A stretch of 64,000 bases of DNA from contig CBDCTA010000018.1 of assembly GCA_965221955.1 (NCBI GenBank), positions 192,001 through 256,000 of the forward strand, read 5' to 3'. A program made the translations under genes and the position numbers. Positions 1 to 8,691 of this stretch are shown here, piece after piece; positions within the stretch are counted from its first letter, which is position 1; each line of letters starts with the position of its first letter. The DNA is from Gammaproteobacteria bacterium (GTDB lineage Bacteria > Pseudomonadota > Gammaproteobacteria > UBA4575). The notes below the pieces were generated by a model. The model was not told where the DNA came from. It saw nothing but the letters and a program-made list of their open reading frames with translations, and searched no databases.

Positions 1-220
1 CAACATGATTCCCTAACTTACCCAAACCTGCTGGGTTAACTAAAATTGTTGAGGTATCAACAGGTAATGCCCCATTTGCACCCCCCATTGCTCTATTTCT
101 TGGACCAACGCCATAAAAAATTAAACCATTAATAGCCATTGCATCGGTTGCAATAATTGAAACAAAAACCACAAGGCCAATAAGATATTTATAAATATTA
201 TTTTTTATATAGTTCTTCAT
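1..220 (-). CDS. FadL/TodX-family outer-membrane transport protein (5' part, runs off the window)
   Basis: Manual translation MKNYIKNNIYKYLIGLVVFVSIIATDAMAINGLIFYGVGPRNRAMGGANGALPVDTSTILVNPAGLGKLG...: signal peptide, then the G-x-G-x-R-x-x-AMGGA...D-x-S...NPAGL motif of FadL-family hatch domains. GGGAGG RBS upstream. Confidence 0.75.
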   Translation of the reverse strand, partial: MKNYIKNNIYKYLIGLVVFVSIIATDAMAINGLIFYGVGPRNRAMGGANGALPVDTSTILVNPAGLGKLGNHV

Positions 221-389
221 ACTTCCTCCCTACTTGTTAGGAAGGTATTAAACCTTTACGAAGATGCTATTTATATACGGGCAATTACTTCATGTAATTG
301 TGTTAATACGATTTAAATTAAGTGATGATATAGAAATATATTGTAGTTAGTACGTACTTTGAACGTAAAAGTACGTATAAATATAGTAT

Positions 390-1019
390 TTATACGCTTA
401 AATCGTTTTGACTTTTTTCAATTTGCAATAAATTAACTAAAAGTTCTTGCGATGTTTTTGCATTCATCTTTTTTAAGATACTTGAGCGATGTCCCTCAAT
501 AGTGCGATGACTAACATTCATTTTTTTAGCAATTTCTTTTGAACGCAAACCTTCTACAATATAATTACATACTTCTTTCTCTCGATCTGTTAGTTCATCA
601 TAGAGCGTGTTGAACTTTGATTGCTCAGAAAAGGATTTTCTAGCCTGTATATCTAGTTTAATTGCTTTACTAATACGGTCCAGAAGTGTTTGGTTTCGAA
701 ATGGCTTTTCAATAAAATCGATTGCACCTTTTTGAATTACTTCAACAGCCATGGGAATATCACCATGTCCAGAAATTATGATAACTGGTAATTGTATATT
801 TCTATCAATCAACCATTCCTGCAGCTCTAAACCGCCCATTCCATTCATACGAACATCTAAAATTAGTATAGATGGTATTTTTGCATCAAAAGTTGATATG
901 AATGACTCTGCAGATTGATGACTAACTGGGTTAAGCCCAATAGACTCTACTAATTTAGCCACAGCATCACGTACCGCAGCATCATCGTCAATTATATGTA
1001 TTATGTAATCTTCATGCAT
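390..1019 (-). CDS. FixJ-family response regulator (REC + LuxR HTH)
   Basis: IIDDD, LDVRM phosphoacceptor region, ISGHGDIPMAV, FIEKPF, then LTDREKEV...SKEIA...SHRTIEGHR helix-turn-helix. Confidence 0.92.
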   Translation of the reverse strand: MHEDYIIHIIDDDAAVRDAVAKLVESIGLNPVSHQSAESFISTFDAKIPSILILDVRMNGMGGLELQEWLIDRNIQLPVIIISGHGDIPMAVEVIQKGAIDFIEKPFRNQTLLDRISKAIKLDIQARKSFSEQSKFNTLYDELTDREKEVCNYIVEGLRSKEIAKKMNVSHRTIEGHRSSILKKMNAKTSQELLVNLLQIEKSQNDLSV

Positions 1020-2232
1020 ATTGCTTTTCTAGGTTTGAAACGCTATTTACATTGCTTAGCGAAAAGATAAATTCTGTTCCTAAGTTATTGCTTTCTTTAA
1101 TCCAAATATTTCCTTTATGAGCTTTAATTATAGACCTACAGATAGAAAGACCCATACCCAGTCCATCGCGCTTAGTTGTAAAGTAAGGATTAAGAACTTG
1201 AGATCTGTTTTGCTCAGAAATGCCTCCACCATTATCTTTTACACTTACTAAGACATTGTTATCAGAATTACTTTGAGCATTTATATAAATCTCTCGCCTT
1301 CTGAAATCATTTGGCATCGCTTCAGTTGCGTTTTTAATTAAATTAATGAAAACGTGCTCTAACTGTACTCGATCACCAATCACTAATGGTAGGTTTTTGT
1401 CTGTTTGAAGTATCAGATTGGTTTTATGTTGTTCAAGGAAATAATTAATCATTAATTTAACATCAACAAGCAGTTCATTAAGATCAACTTCAGTGAAATT
1501 CATATCCCGTTTGCTTGCCAAACTTCTAATCCAAGATACAATTTGACTAGCTCTCTGTGCTTGTTCTGATATCAAGTTCAATGTTTCTGATATAGACTCT
1601 GAACCGGAATCATTTGTCTTAAGCAATGTATTACACGTTTCTGCATAGCTTGAGATAGCACATAATGGTTGATTCAATTCATGGGCAATTCCAGATGCGA
1701 CCTCACCCATCGTGCTAACTTTGCATACATGGTCAAGCTCAAGTTGACGTTTTTGTAGCTTTCGCTCAAGTTGCATCCTTTCTGTTACGTCGCGTGTTAT
1801 TGCCAGTAGAGCAGTTATTTGTTTGTTTTGGTCACGCAAAGGAACAGCATTTGACTCCAACCAACGTTCAGTACCTTTTTGACCACGTATTTTAAATGTC
1901 ATGCTTTGATGCATACCATTAAATACATTTTCAGTTAATTGTTTATATTGCGGATGATGCTCACTACTAATAAACTCATATACCGTTTTACCTAATACAT
2001 CTGTAGCATTTTCTACTTCAAGTAAATTAAGCCCTGCCTGATTCATTTCAAGCACATAACCATCTTTATCTTGAAGTTTTACGCACTCAGGTTGCGACTC
2101 GATAACTGTCGTCAATCTTATTTCTTTTTCTTTTAATTTTTTTCTTATATTAAGAAGAATGATCAAGAGTATTGATAACGTTGCTATCAATAAAAAAATA
2201 GCTCCAAAGTAAACGAAGGGAACACTGGCCAT
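1012..2232 (-). CDS. PAS-domain sensor histidine kinase (FixL/TtrS/NodV-like)
   Basis: One N-terminal TM helix, PAS/PAC, H-box AHELNQPL, N-box NLIKNA, DNGGG, FTTK, GLGMGLSIC. Overlaps the response regulator start. Confidence 0.92.
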   Translation of the reverse strand: MASVPFVYFGAIFLLIATLSILLIILLNIRKKLKEKEIRLTTVIESQPECVKLQDKDGYVLEMNQAGLNLLEVENATDVLGKTVYEFISSEHHPQYKQLTENVFNGMHQSMTFKIRGQKGTERWLESNAVPLRDQNKQITALLAITRDVTERMQLERKLQKRQLELDHVCKVSTMGEVASGIAHELNQPLCAISSYAETCNTLLKTNDSGSESISETLNLISEQAQRASQIVSWIRSLASKRDMNFTEVDLNELLVDVKLMINYFLEQHKTNLILQTDKNLPLVIGDRVQLEHVFINLIKNATEAMPNDFRRREIYINAQSNSDNNVLVSVKDNGGGISEQNRSQVLNPYFTTKRDGLGMGLSICRSIIKAHKGNIWIKESNNLGTEFIFSLSNVNSVSNLEKQYA

Positions 2233-2709
2233 GTAACACCTCTAAACAATATAAATGCTTAAATATATTGTATACCCACACGCAAAAAATGCTCGGAATT
2301 AGCACATGAAATCTTGATAAATCTGAAAATATTTTTACTTATGCACGTAGAACTACGCATTTCTCATAGTATAAATACGCACATGCAAACTGAAAATCAA
2401 TTAAACCCATATAAAAGTAGTGATTAAATAAGACTGCTTTCGACAAAGTGAAATGTCGTTTTTTAAGCTTTATTCTTACTATATACGAATCAATGCATAC
2501 GCTTTATAGAAATGAGAAAAATAATTGTATTAAGATATTTAAATACAATTTACGGACTCGTTGCGCTTCGTTGAGCACAAAAAATAAATTAAGCATTGAT
2601 TGTAAGAAACCAATACAAGAACTTAGTAAGCAAAATATGCTTATTGAATTTCACAATAAAGTATCTAAAATTAATTAATTACTTTAAGTTTTTAAAACTC
2701 GATTAATAG

Positions 2710-3222
2710 TCAGCACTTTCTCCACAAATTAAATAACTGTGAAATAATTATGATTATTAAAACGTTTATCAATATTGGAGTTATAAGCAATTGGTATCCG
2801 AACTGATGCACTGCGGGGCCTCCTATTACTGCAAATAAAGTAGTAGCGCCAGCAGGAGGGTGTGTGCAACGAGCGTAGTACATGGCAGTAATTGAAACGC
2901 CTACTGCTGCACCAGCCGCAATCAAGTCAACACTAATATATTTCGCACAAGTAATACCAATAAATCCTGAAATTAAATGGCCGCCAAGCACATTCCATGG
3001 TTGTGTCAAAGAACTATATGGTGCTGCAAAAAGCAAGACTGCTGACGAGCCCATTGACGCAATAATGAATAGAGCAGTCATCTCGTTATAAATATAGATA
3101 TTACAAATAAAATAAATGCTCGCGATCCCAATAAAGCCTCCGAGACCGGACATGAATCCTTCAATATGATTGAGCGACTGTGTATGTACGCCCAACACTT
3201 TGAGTAATTTATTTTCCTTCAT
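2710..3222 (-). CDS. HPP family membrane protein
   Basis: ASMGSSAVLLFAAP...QPWNVLGGH...CTHPPAGAT signature; hydrophobic. Confidence 0.88.
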   Translation of the reverse strand: MKENKLLKVLGVHTQSLNHIEGFMSGLGGFIGIASIYFICNIYIYNEMTALFIIASMGSSAVLLFAAPYSSLTQPWNVLGGHLISGFIGITCAKYISVDLIAAGAAVGVSITAMYYARCTHPPAGATTLFAVIGGPAVHQFGYQLLITPILINVLIIIIISQLFNLWRKC

Positions 3223-3260
3223 TATGGTTATTTATTTTATTAATTTGTATTATTTTTAAA

Positions 3261-3893
3261 TTACTTAAATATTTTGATAATCAAAAATAAAGAAAATATT
3301 CCTGCGACATATAAAATACTTTCACCTAATATTTTTTGTTCATCTATCAAGTAATAATTGCATAACCGAACAGGTGCCTCGATATACAACCATGCGAGCA
3401 CAAACAACATACTTATTAAGTTTGTACAAATAAATGATTTGGTTATTTCACCAGAGCTTTTCCAACCTAAAACAAATGTCGCGCCCAATAATAATGGCAA
3501 TGAAATAAATTTAAGCGCCTCAAATGAACCATGTTCCAGTGAAGCATCTAAGTTACGTGGCAACATCCAGAACATTGCAGTAGTCAGTGCGATAATGAGC
3601 AATGGCAATGCAAAATGATATGCAATGCGTAGTTGAAATTTATTTATAAAGTGGTTTATCATCCATGCACCACATAACACTAATAGTGGAATTTGCACCA
3701 ACATATGTGAAAGCATGGACTGTTCTAGGAAACTTCTTGCCACAGGTGTTGCTAGCAGCAAATAAATCACCAACACAAACCACAAGCAATATTTATTGAA
3801 CATAATAAAAACAGATGTGGATTTGGCTTTAACTAATGATGCATCTGCGTCATAGGCACTTGGTGATGTATAGAGTGTAGATTTAACTTGCAT
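3261..3893 (-). CDS. membrane protein accessory to the oxidase/NOR cluster (CtaG/DUF1404-like; start may be 3803)
   Basis: Multi-TM; LEQSMLSHMLVQIPLL and FWMLPR motifs; directly follows the SCO gene. Confidence 0.6.
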   Translation of the reverse strand: MQVKSTLYTSPSAYDADASLVKAKSTSVFIMFNKYCLWFVLVIYLLLATPVARSFLEQSMLSHMLVQIPLLVLCGAWMINHFINKFQLRIAYHFALPLLIIALTTAMFWMLPRNLDASLEHGSFEALKFISLPLLLGATFVLGWKSSGEITKSFICTNLISMLFVLAWLYIEAPVRLCNYYLIDEQKILGESILYVAGIFSLFLIIKIFK

Positions 3894-3899
3894 GTTACT

Positions 3900-4523
3900 T
3901 TACATCTGATGTGTAACATCTAAAGAAATGAAACTTAAGTCTTTCGCAATTGGATCGATCAATTCGTAATCATAAATTTTGGCAAGCTTTCCATATTGAT
4001 TTACTAAGTGTATGGCGCCATTGTGCTCAAACTGATTGTTGGGTGCAGGAATGACAACAATACCAAACACATCTAACAGCTCTTGTAAATCATGTTGTTT
4101 TTTTACAGTTGCAAATTTCCAGAATGTTGAATCAGCCTTCACAGATTCAGCGTACTTGGATAACTTTTTTGTGGTATCTCGTTCAGGATCAAAGCTTACC
4201 GTAAGCAGTACAACTTGATCTTGTAGATTTTTTTGTACTAATTTTTCTTGTATTTTAATAAAGCTTTGCGTCATCATCGGACAAATACCAACGCAATTAG
4301 TAAAAATAAAATCTACTAATACATGTTTTCCTTTCAAATCTTGAAAATAGATAACTTCATTACTTGAACTCATTAATGGAATATTTGGTATATCTACAGG
4401 GCTCTTCATTATTTGATGGCGTCGAAGACCCTCAGAGGTAAATACCGTTAAGCCATTAGTCGAATAAAATAGAAACACGACACATAAGGTCAGTGTTAGT
4501 GCCGTGTTAACTATTGCTTTCAT
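3900..4523 (-). CDS. senC: SCO1/SenC family copper chaperone
   Basis: DFIFTNCVGICP (CxxxC), SFDPERDT, conserved His in FEHNG. Confidence 0.9.
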   Translation of the reverse strand: MKAIVNTALTLTLCVVFLFYSTNGLTVFTSEGLRRHQIMKSPVDIPNIPLMSSSNEVIYFQDLKGKHVLVDFIFTNCVGICPMMTQSFIKIQEKLVQKNLQDQVVLLTVSFDPERDTTKKLSKYAESVKADSTFWKFATVKKQHDLQELLDVFGIVVIPAPNNQFEHNGAIHLVNQYGKLAKIYDYELIDPIAKDLSFISLDVTHQM

Positions 4524-4543
4524 ACAAATGTACTTATTTGCTA

Positions 4544-5995
4544 TTACGCAGGCTTAGATTTTAAACGAAAGATAAATCGTATGGTGAAGATAGTGGCTCC
4601 TAGTAAAACAAATATTGCAATGATCGATGCAATATTTGAATAGCTTTGCCACTCCGGGAAATGCACTGCAAATCTTCTAGCTACACCTTCTTTACCAGAA
4701 ACAAGAAACATGAATACAAATGCTGTGCCTGCAATGGCATACATCCAGAAACCACCGCGATCAAGAGCATTATCCTGTTGTTGTTTTTCGGCTTTTATTA
4801 AGTAATACATAAAACCAAATACCATCGCTACCATTCCAAGTATCAGATAGAAATGGAAATGGCCCGGCACCCACATAGTGTTGTGCATGACATGATTAAT
4901 CGCAATGGTTCCATCAATTACGGCTGGAACAACTCCACCGGCCCAGCCGAAGATTGATAAGAATAATAATCCAGACGCCATGTCCCATTTAATTCCGGAA
5001 CGATGCACAATAGCTAAAGTTCCCAACGTAGTCACTAGTAACACTGGGAATCCACTTGCATAAGAAATGACTTGACCCATCACCAACATCCAAGTAGGCA
5101 TAACAAAATCCATAAATAAATGATGAGGGTAAACGATCAACACCATAATCGTAGATGCTGTCCAAGCTGCTAAGAATACTTTATTCGATTTCCATGGGCG
5201 ATTTGTATAACGAGGCATAATTTCGTATACAGAAATGATCGCCATGTAGATAGTGGCGTTTATAAAAGTATGTCCAAAAAAGTAAATTAAGTTTTTGGCA
5301 AGTAGCGGATTAATGTTAAATGAAGGCACCAATATATTGATAATCATCATGATTAATATTGAAGCACCTGCAACTAATGCCAAGGTATTTACTATAGTAA
5401 CCATAGTACTAGCTACGACGGTAGGGGGCGGTGCATTTCCATCGTCATTACCAAACAACTGCGGCCAGCCTAATGACTTACCAAAACCACCGTATTTGGA
5501 AATAATTGCGCGCGCAGAATCCAAATAAAACAATAAGAAACCAACCCCAACTAACAACACGCCTGTAAGAAAAAGTACTGCCGAACCAGGTGACCATGCA
5601 CCTGCAGATTTTCCAGGTAAAGGATATAAGAATGTCCAAGCACCACCAAATTTTCCAAGAAAAATTGACGCTAAGATACAAACTACACCCGCAAGAAACA
5701 GCAATAAGTTAGTAACTAAAATACCGGTAGATAATTCAACATATTGTCGTAGGAAGTACCACATAATTGCAGCACCTCCTAAGCCGGCAATTCCCACCAT
5801 ACCCACACCATGTGCGGTCATTATTTGGTAAAACAAATCAGGGCCAAGGTTAACTGACCCACCCTGTGCAGCGCGCATGATTAAACCAAGCAACATCATT
5901 AGTACAACTACTGCTCCAAAGATTGCAATGTAAGCATAGATCGTACGCTTACCGCCTTCCGGAATGGTTAATGTATTCATTATTTTTTCCTCCAT
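4544..5995 (-). CDS. norY: heme-copper oxidase superfamily subunit I, probable sNOR-type nitric oxide reductase catalytic subunit
   Basis: About 12 TM helices. His ligands TAHG, FFGHTFIN, PHHL, GHFHF. The His+4 cross-linking Tyr is replaced by Asn. Context is CuA subunit, SCO and NsrR-like regulator. Confidence 0.75.
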   Translation of the reverse strand: MEEKIMNTLTIPEGGKRTIYAYIAIFGAVVVLMMLLGLIMRAAQGGSVNLGPDLFYQIMTAHGVGMVGIAGLGGAAIMWYFLRQYVELSTGILVTNLLLFLAGVVCILASIFLGKFGGAWTFLYPLPGKSAGAWSPGSAVLFLTGVLLVGVGFLLFYLDSARAIISKYGGFGKSLGWPQLFGNDDGNAPPPTVVASTMVTIVNTLALVAGASILIMMIINILVPSFNINPLLAKNLIYFFGHTFINATIYMAIISVYEIMPRYTNRPWKSNKVFLAAWTASTIMVLIVYPHHLFMDFVMPTWMLVMGQVISYASGFPVLLVTTLGTLAIVHRSGIKWDMASGLLFLSIFGWAGGVVPAVIDGTIAINHVMHNTMWVPGHFHFYLILGMVAMVFGFMYYLIKAEKQQQDNALDRGGFWMYAIAGTAFVFMFLVSGKEGVARRFAVHFPEWQSYSNIASIIAIFVLLGATIFTIRFIFRLKSKPA

Positions 5996-5998
5996 TAA

Positions 5999-6514
5999 TT
6001 ATTCACTTACAGTAATTTCAGCTACCATGGCATGGTGCGCGAGACCACAATATTCAAGACACAGAACTTTATAAGTCCCCGCCTTGGGGAAATTCACGAG
6101 TAAATTATTTTCGTAATCAGGCATCGCTTGAGTTTGCGCTAAAACATTCATATCTGGGTCATAAATTGCAAACCCATGATTTACGTCTGCTGAAGTCACT
6201 TTATATAAAACATGTTCACCTACCTTCGCTGTCATATCATCAATTTTCCAATACCATTGATAACCTATAGCGTTAACTGTTTTTGATGCGACAGGATCAC
6301 TAACATATGGCACTTTTGTTAAGGTAAACCCAATGACAGGAATCACTACTAATAAAAATAAAATAAACAACTTTTTTCTTAGACTGTATGCATTTTTTTG
6401 AATGGGCGCATATTCAGCAGAGCTACTTGATGCGCTCAATGCATATTTGATAAAAATTAACGCTAACAGTCCTACTAATATAATTGTCGTTATCCAGGAA
6501 ATATTTTGGTACAT
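5999..6514 (-). CDS. norS: CuA-containing subunit II (NorS-like)
   Basis: Two TM helices, GYQWYW, DVNHGF, CLEYCGLAHHAM CuA motif. Start moved to ATG 6514 (AGGAG RBS). Confidence 0.8.
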   Translation of the reverse strand: MYQNISWITTIILVGLLALIFIKYALSASSSSAEYAPIQKNAYSLRKKLFILFLLVVIPVIGFTLTKVPYVSDPVASKTVNAIGYQWYWKIDDMTAKVGEHVLYKVTSADVNHGFAIYDPDMNVLAQTQAMPDYENNLLVNFPKAGTYKVLCLEYCGLAHHAMVAEITVSE

Positions 6515-6524
6515 AATCTCTCTC

Positions 6525-6848
6525 CTATTCGCATGACAGGCTGGCATAGAATGCCGCCAAGTTTTGAATATCTTCTTCTGATAATGAAGCAACAATTGGA
6601 GCCATCATTGCATTTGTGCGACTACCATTTTTATAAGCCGTGATCGCACTCATTAAATACTGTTCTTTTTGGCCTGCTAAATTAGGGTAAATTGGTATTG
6701 GACTAATGCCCTCCGGCCCATGACATGCGGCACATACTGCAGATTTTTCTTTGCCTACTTGTACATCTTCAGCTTTAGATGGGGAAAAATTCACTGAAAA
6801 AATTACAAATAAAATAAATAAAGTTATTGTTTTATAAGGAAATATCAT
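6525..6848 (-). CDS. periplasmic monoheme cytochrome c (c553/c554-like)
   Basis: Signal peptide, CAACH, PNLAGQ, distal Met in NAMM. Confidence 0.92.
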   Translation of the reverse strand: MIFPYKTITLFILFVIFSVNFSPSKAEDVQVGKEKSAVCAACHGPEGISPIPIYPNLAGQKEQYLMSAITAYKNGSRTNAMMAPIVASLSEEDIQNLAAFYASLSCE

Positions 6849-6860
6849 AATATTTACTCC

Positions 6861-6939
6861 TTATCCCATAAGATCTATTTAAAATAAATGGTTAAGCTAT
6901 ACATTATTCAATCTAAATTAAATAGATCTTATGGGATAA
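6861..6939. promoter_or_regulatory. perfect 22-bp inverted repeat (35-bp spacer) in the divergent promoter; arms overlap NsrR-like operators
   Basis: TTATCCCATAAGATCTATTTAA (6861-6882) is the exact reverse complement of 6918-6939. AAGATCTATTTAAAAT resembles the NsrR consensus AAGATGCATTTNAAATGCATCTT. Confidence 0.7.
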
Positions 6940-6994
6940 AATTATAGAACTTAAAACTGATAGAGTGATTGAAACGTATATAAAGGATTTATTT

Positions 6995-7429
6995 ATGAGA
7001 GTGACAAAATTTTCAGATTATGCATTGCGAGTATTGATATATCTCGCAAGCAAACCTGACGATGAATTAACTACCATTTCACAACTTGCTGATGCTTATT
7101 CTATATCTGTGCATCATGTGCGAATGGTTGTTCATAAATTAGGCCAATTAGGCTATATCAATTGTGTTCAAGGTAAAGGTGGTGGAATTGAACTTGCGTA
7201 TGAACCCCGTGAGATTTCGATAGGTGATGTTATAAGTAATACAGAATCAGATTTTTACTTGGTTGAATGCTATAACCCTGAAGGTAATTGTTCCATTGTT
7301 AATGCTTGTAAGTTGCAGCATATATTAAATGATGCACTGAAAGCATTTTTAGAAACTTTAAATAAATATACATTGGAAGATATTACTAATAACAAAAAAA
7401 GTATTATGAGATTGTTGCCAGTAGCGTAA
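6995..7429 (+). CDS. nsrR: Rrf2-family NO-sensing repressor NsrR
   Basis: MRVTKFSDYALRVLIYLA, GKGGGIEL, three Cys in VECY-x5-CSIVNACKL; divergent from the NOR-like cluster. Confidence 0.8.
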   Translation: MRVTKFSDYALRVLIYLASKPDDELTTISQLADAYSISVHHVRMVVHKLGQLGYINCVQGKGGGIELAYEPREISIGDVISNTESDFYLVECYNPEGNCSIVNACKLQHILNDALKAFLETLNKYTLEDITNNKKSIMRLLPVA

Positions 7430-7629
7430 CTAAATATTTCAGCATACTTATTTTGAGCTTTTTAAAAGATAACGAAAGGTATGCGAGTCGATACATAGTA
7501 GGTAATAACAATAGCGTGTTCTTGGGAATTTAAACAATTACCAAAAGAATATTCTGGCAAGCCGCTAAAAATTAGCGAACTGATTAACTATGGTCATATA
7601 CTTTGGGCGCAATAAAAAACAAATTCAAA

Positions 7630-7657
7630 ATGTCTGCTAACGACCCAAAGCGGACAT
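7630..7657. repeat. 28-bp imperfect palindrome (dispersed family, copy 1)
   Basis: ATGTCTGCTAACGACCCAAAGCGGACAT; its reverse complement differs from 49351-49378 at 5 of 28 positions. Confidence 0.7.
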
Positions 7658-7726
7658 GCTTATATTATTTTAGTAGCTGCGACATTTATGCAACATTGCT
7701 ATGGATTAAGATACTAGGAGTATTTC

Positions 7727-8407
7727 ATGCAATCCTATTCAGAGTTAATAGCAAAGGCTCTTGACAATCTTAAGCACATTAAATTTTATCGAAGAAATAT
7801 ATACCAGCTCTACATGGTGTGTTTATACTGCACGATACTAGAGCTTTCTGAAACACTAATTTTTCTTACAAAGAATAAGAAAGGTGTGGGAATACCAATT
7901 TTGAGCCGTACATTACTTGAAGCGTATGTGGACTTAAAAAATTTAGAGCTAAATCCAGATTATTGCTACAGCATGGACGCAAGCAATATCAAAGAGTGGT
8001 TGAGAATAGCAACAGAAGCCGGAACTCTTGAAAATGATTATCTAAGAAAGTTAGCGGATCATGAAGATTTAAATGATCAAATCACTGAGTGGAAGAAAGA
8101 ACTAGAGCAACTAAGTCAAAATGGCCATCAAGTTTTAAATCAACTTGAAAAATTTCGTAATGTCGAGATGCAGGAGGAATATCGATCTATTTATAATTTT
8201 TTGTGCTGCGAAACTCACAACAATATTAGGTCGTTACAAAAACGACACATACAATTCATCAATGATGAGGCTGATTTTAAAGTGGTCGCATTTACTGAAT
8301 TTATAAGTAACGAAGATGATAGTTATTTAAATATATGCCAAGAGCTCCTTGAAGAAGCGTGCAAGGCAATCCATAGTACTTTCAAAACTGGCAGATGGAA
8401 TGATTAA
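7727..8407 (+). CDS. hypothetical protein, DUF5677-like helical island protein
   Basis: AGGAG RBS, 226 aa, motifs RTLLEAYVDL and YRSIYNFLCCETHN; adjacent to the tRNA 3' end. Confidence 0.55.
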   Translation: MQSYSELIAKALDNLKHIKFYRRNIYQLYMVCLYCTILELSETLIFLTKNKKGVGIPILSRTLLEAYVDLKNLELNPDYCYSMDASNIKEWLRIATEAGTLENDYLRKLADHEDLNDQITEWKKELEQLSQNGHQVLNQLEKFRNVEMQEEYRSIYNFLCCETHNNIRSLQKRHIQFINDEADFKVVAFTEFISNEDDSYLNICQELLEEACKAIHSTFKTGRWND

Positions 8408-8530
8408 TAAATAGTAAAAAGCAGACATATATAAGTGTTAAAGTACTAAATAGCTTCTAAACGATAATATATGCAGGAATTGTGCAGGAACATAAGTTTC
8501 CACACCCTAAAAATTAGTCTAATAATTATA

Positions 8531-8543
8531 TAACTTATTGATT
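8531..8543 (-). promoter_or_regulatory. IHF-consensus site beside the tRNA-Met 3' end (att-like)
   Basis: Minus strand AATCAATAAGTTA matches WATCAANNNNTTR. Confidence 0.5.
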
Positions 8544-8547
8544 ATTA

Positions 8548-8624
8548 TGGTGGCTATGGTTGGACTTGAACCAACGACCCCAGCATTATGAATGCTGTGC
8601 TCTAACCAGCTGAGCTACATAGCC
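8548..8624 (-). tRNA. tRNA-Met (CAT), elongator type
   Basis: GGCTATGTAGCTCAGCTGGTTAGAGCACAGCATTCATAATGCTGGGGTCGTTGGTTCAAGTCCAACCATAGCCACCA: cloverleaf, CAT anticodon, paired G1-C72, encoded CCA. Confidence 0.95.
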
Positions 8625-8691
8625 ATACATTAAGAACCGGATGGCGGACCTTATAAAACGACCCGCAAACTGTCAATTCTACCCAAAAGCT

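Noticed and set aside
2448-2678. 76-aa plus-strand ORF
   Set aside because: AT-rich spacer, GTG start without RBS, no motif; probably spurious.
4544-5995. Annotation as aa3/ba3/cbb3 cytochrome c oxidase
   Set aside because: Lacks the His-Tyr cross-link Tyr at the A/B position and the C-family position; NsrR context favours an NO reductase.
7630-7657. 28-bp palindromes as CRISPR repeats, attC or dif sites
   Set aside because: No regular spacers or cas genes; too short for attC and lacking RYYYAAC/GTTRRRY ends; no resemblance to XerC/D arms.
8548-8624. Initiator tRNA or tRNA-Ile2
   Set aside because: Paired 1:72 and no triple G-C anticodon stem exclude the initiator. The GGCTA acceptor stem fits elongator Met better, though Ile2 is not formally excluded without a model.
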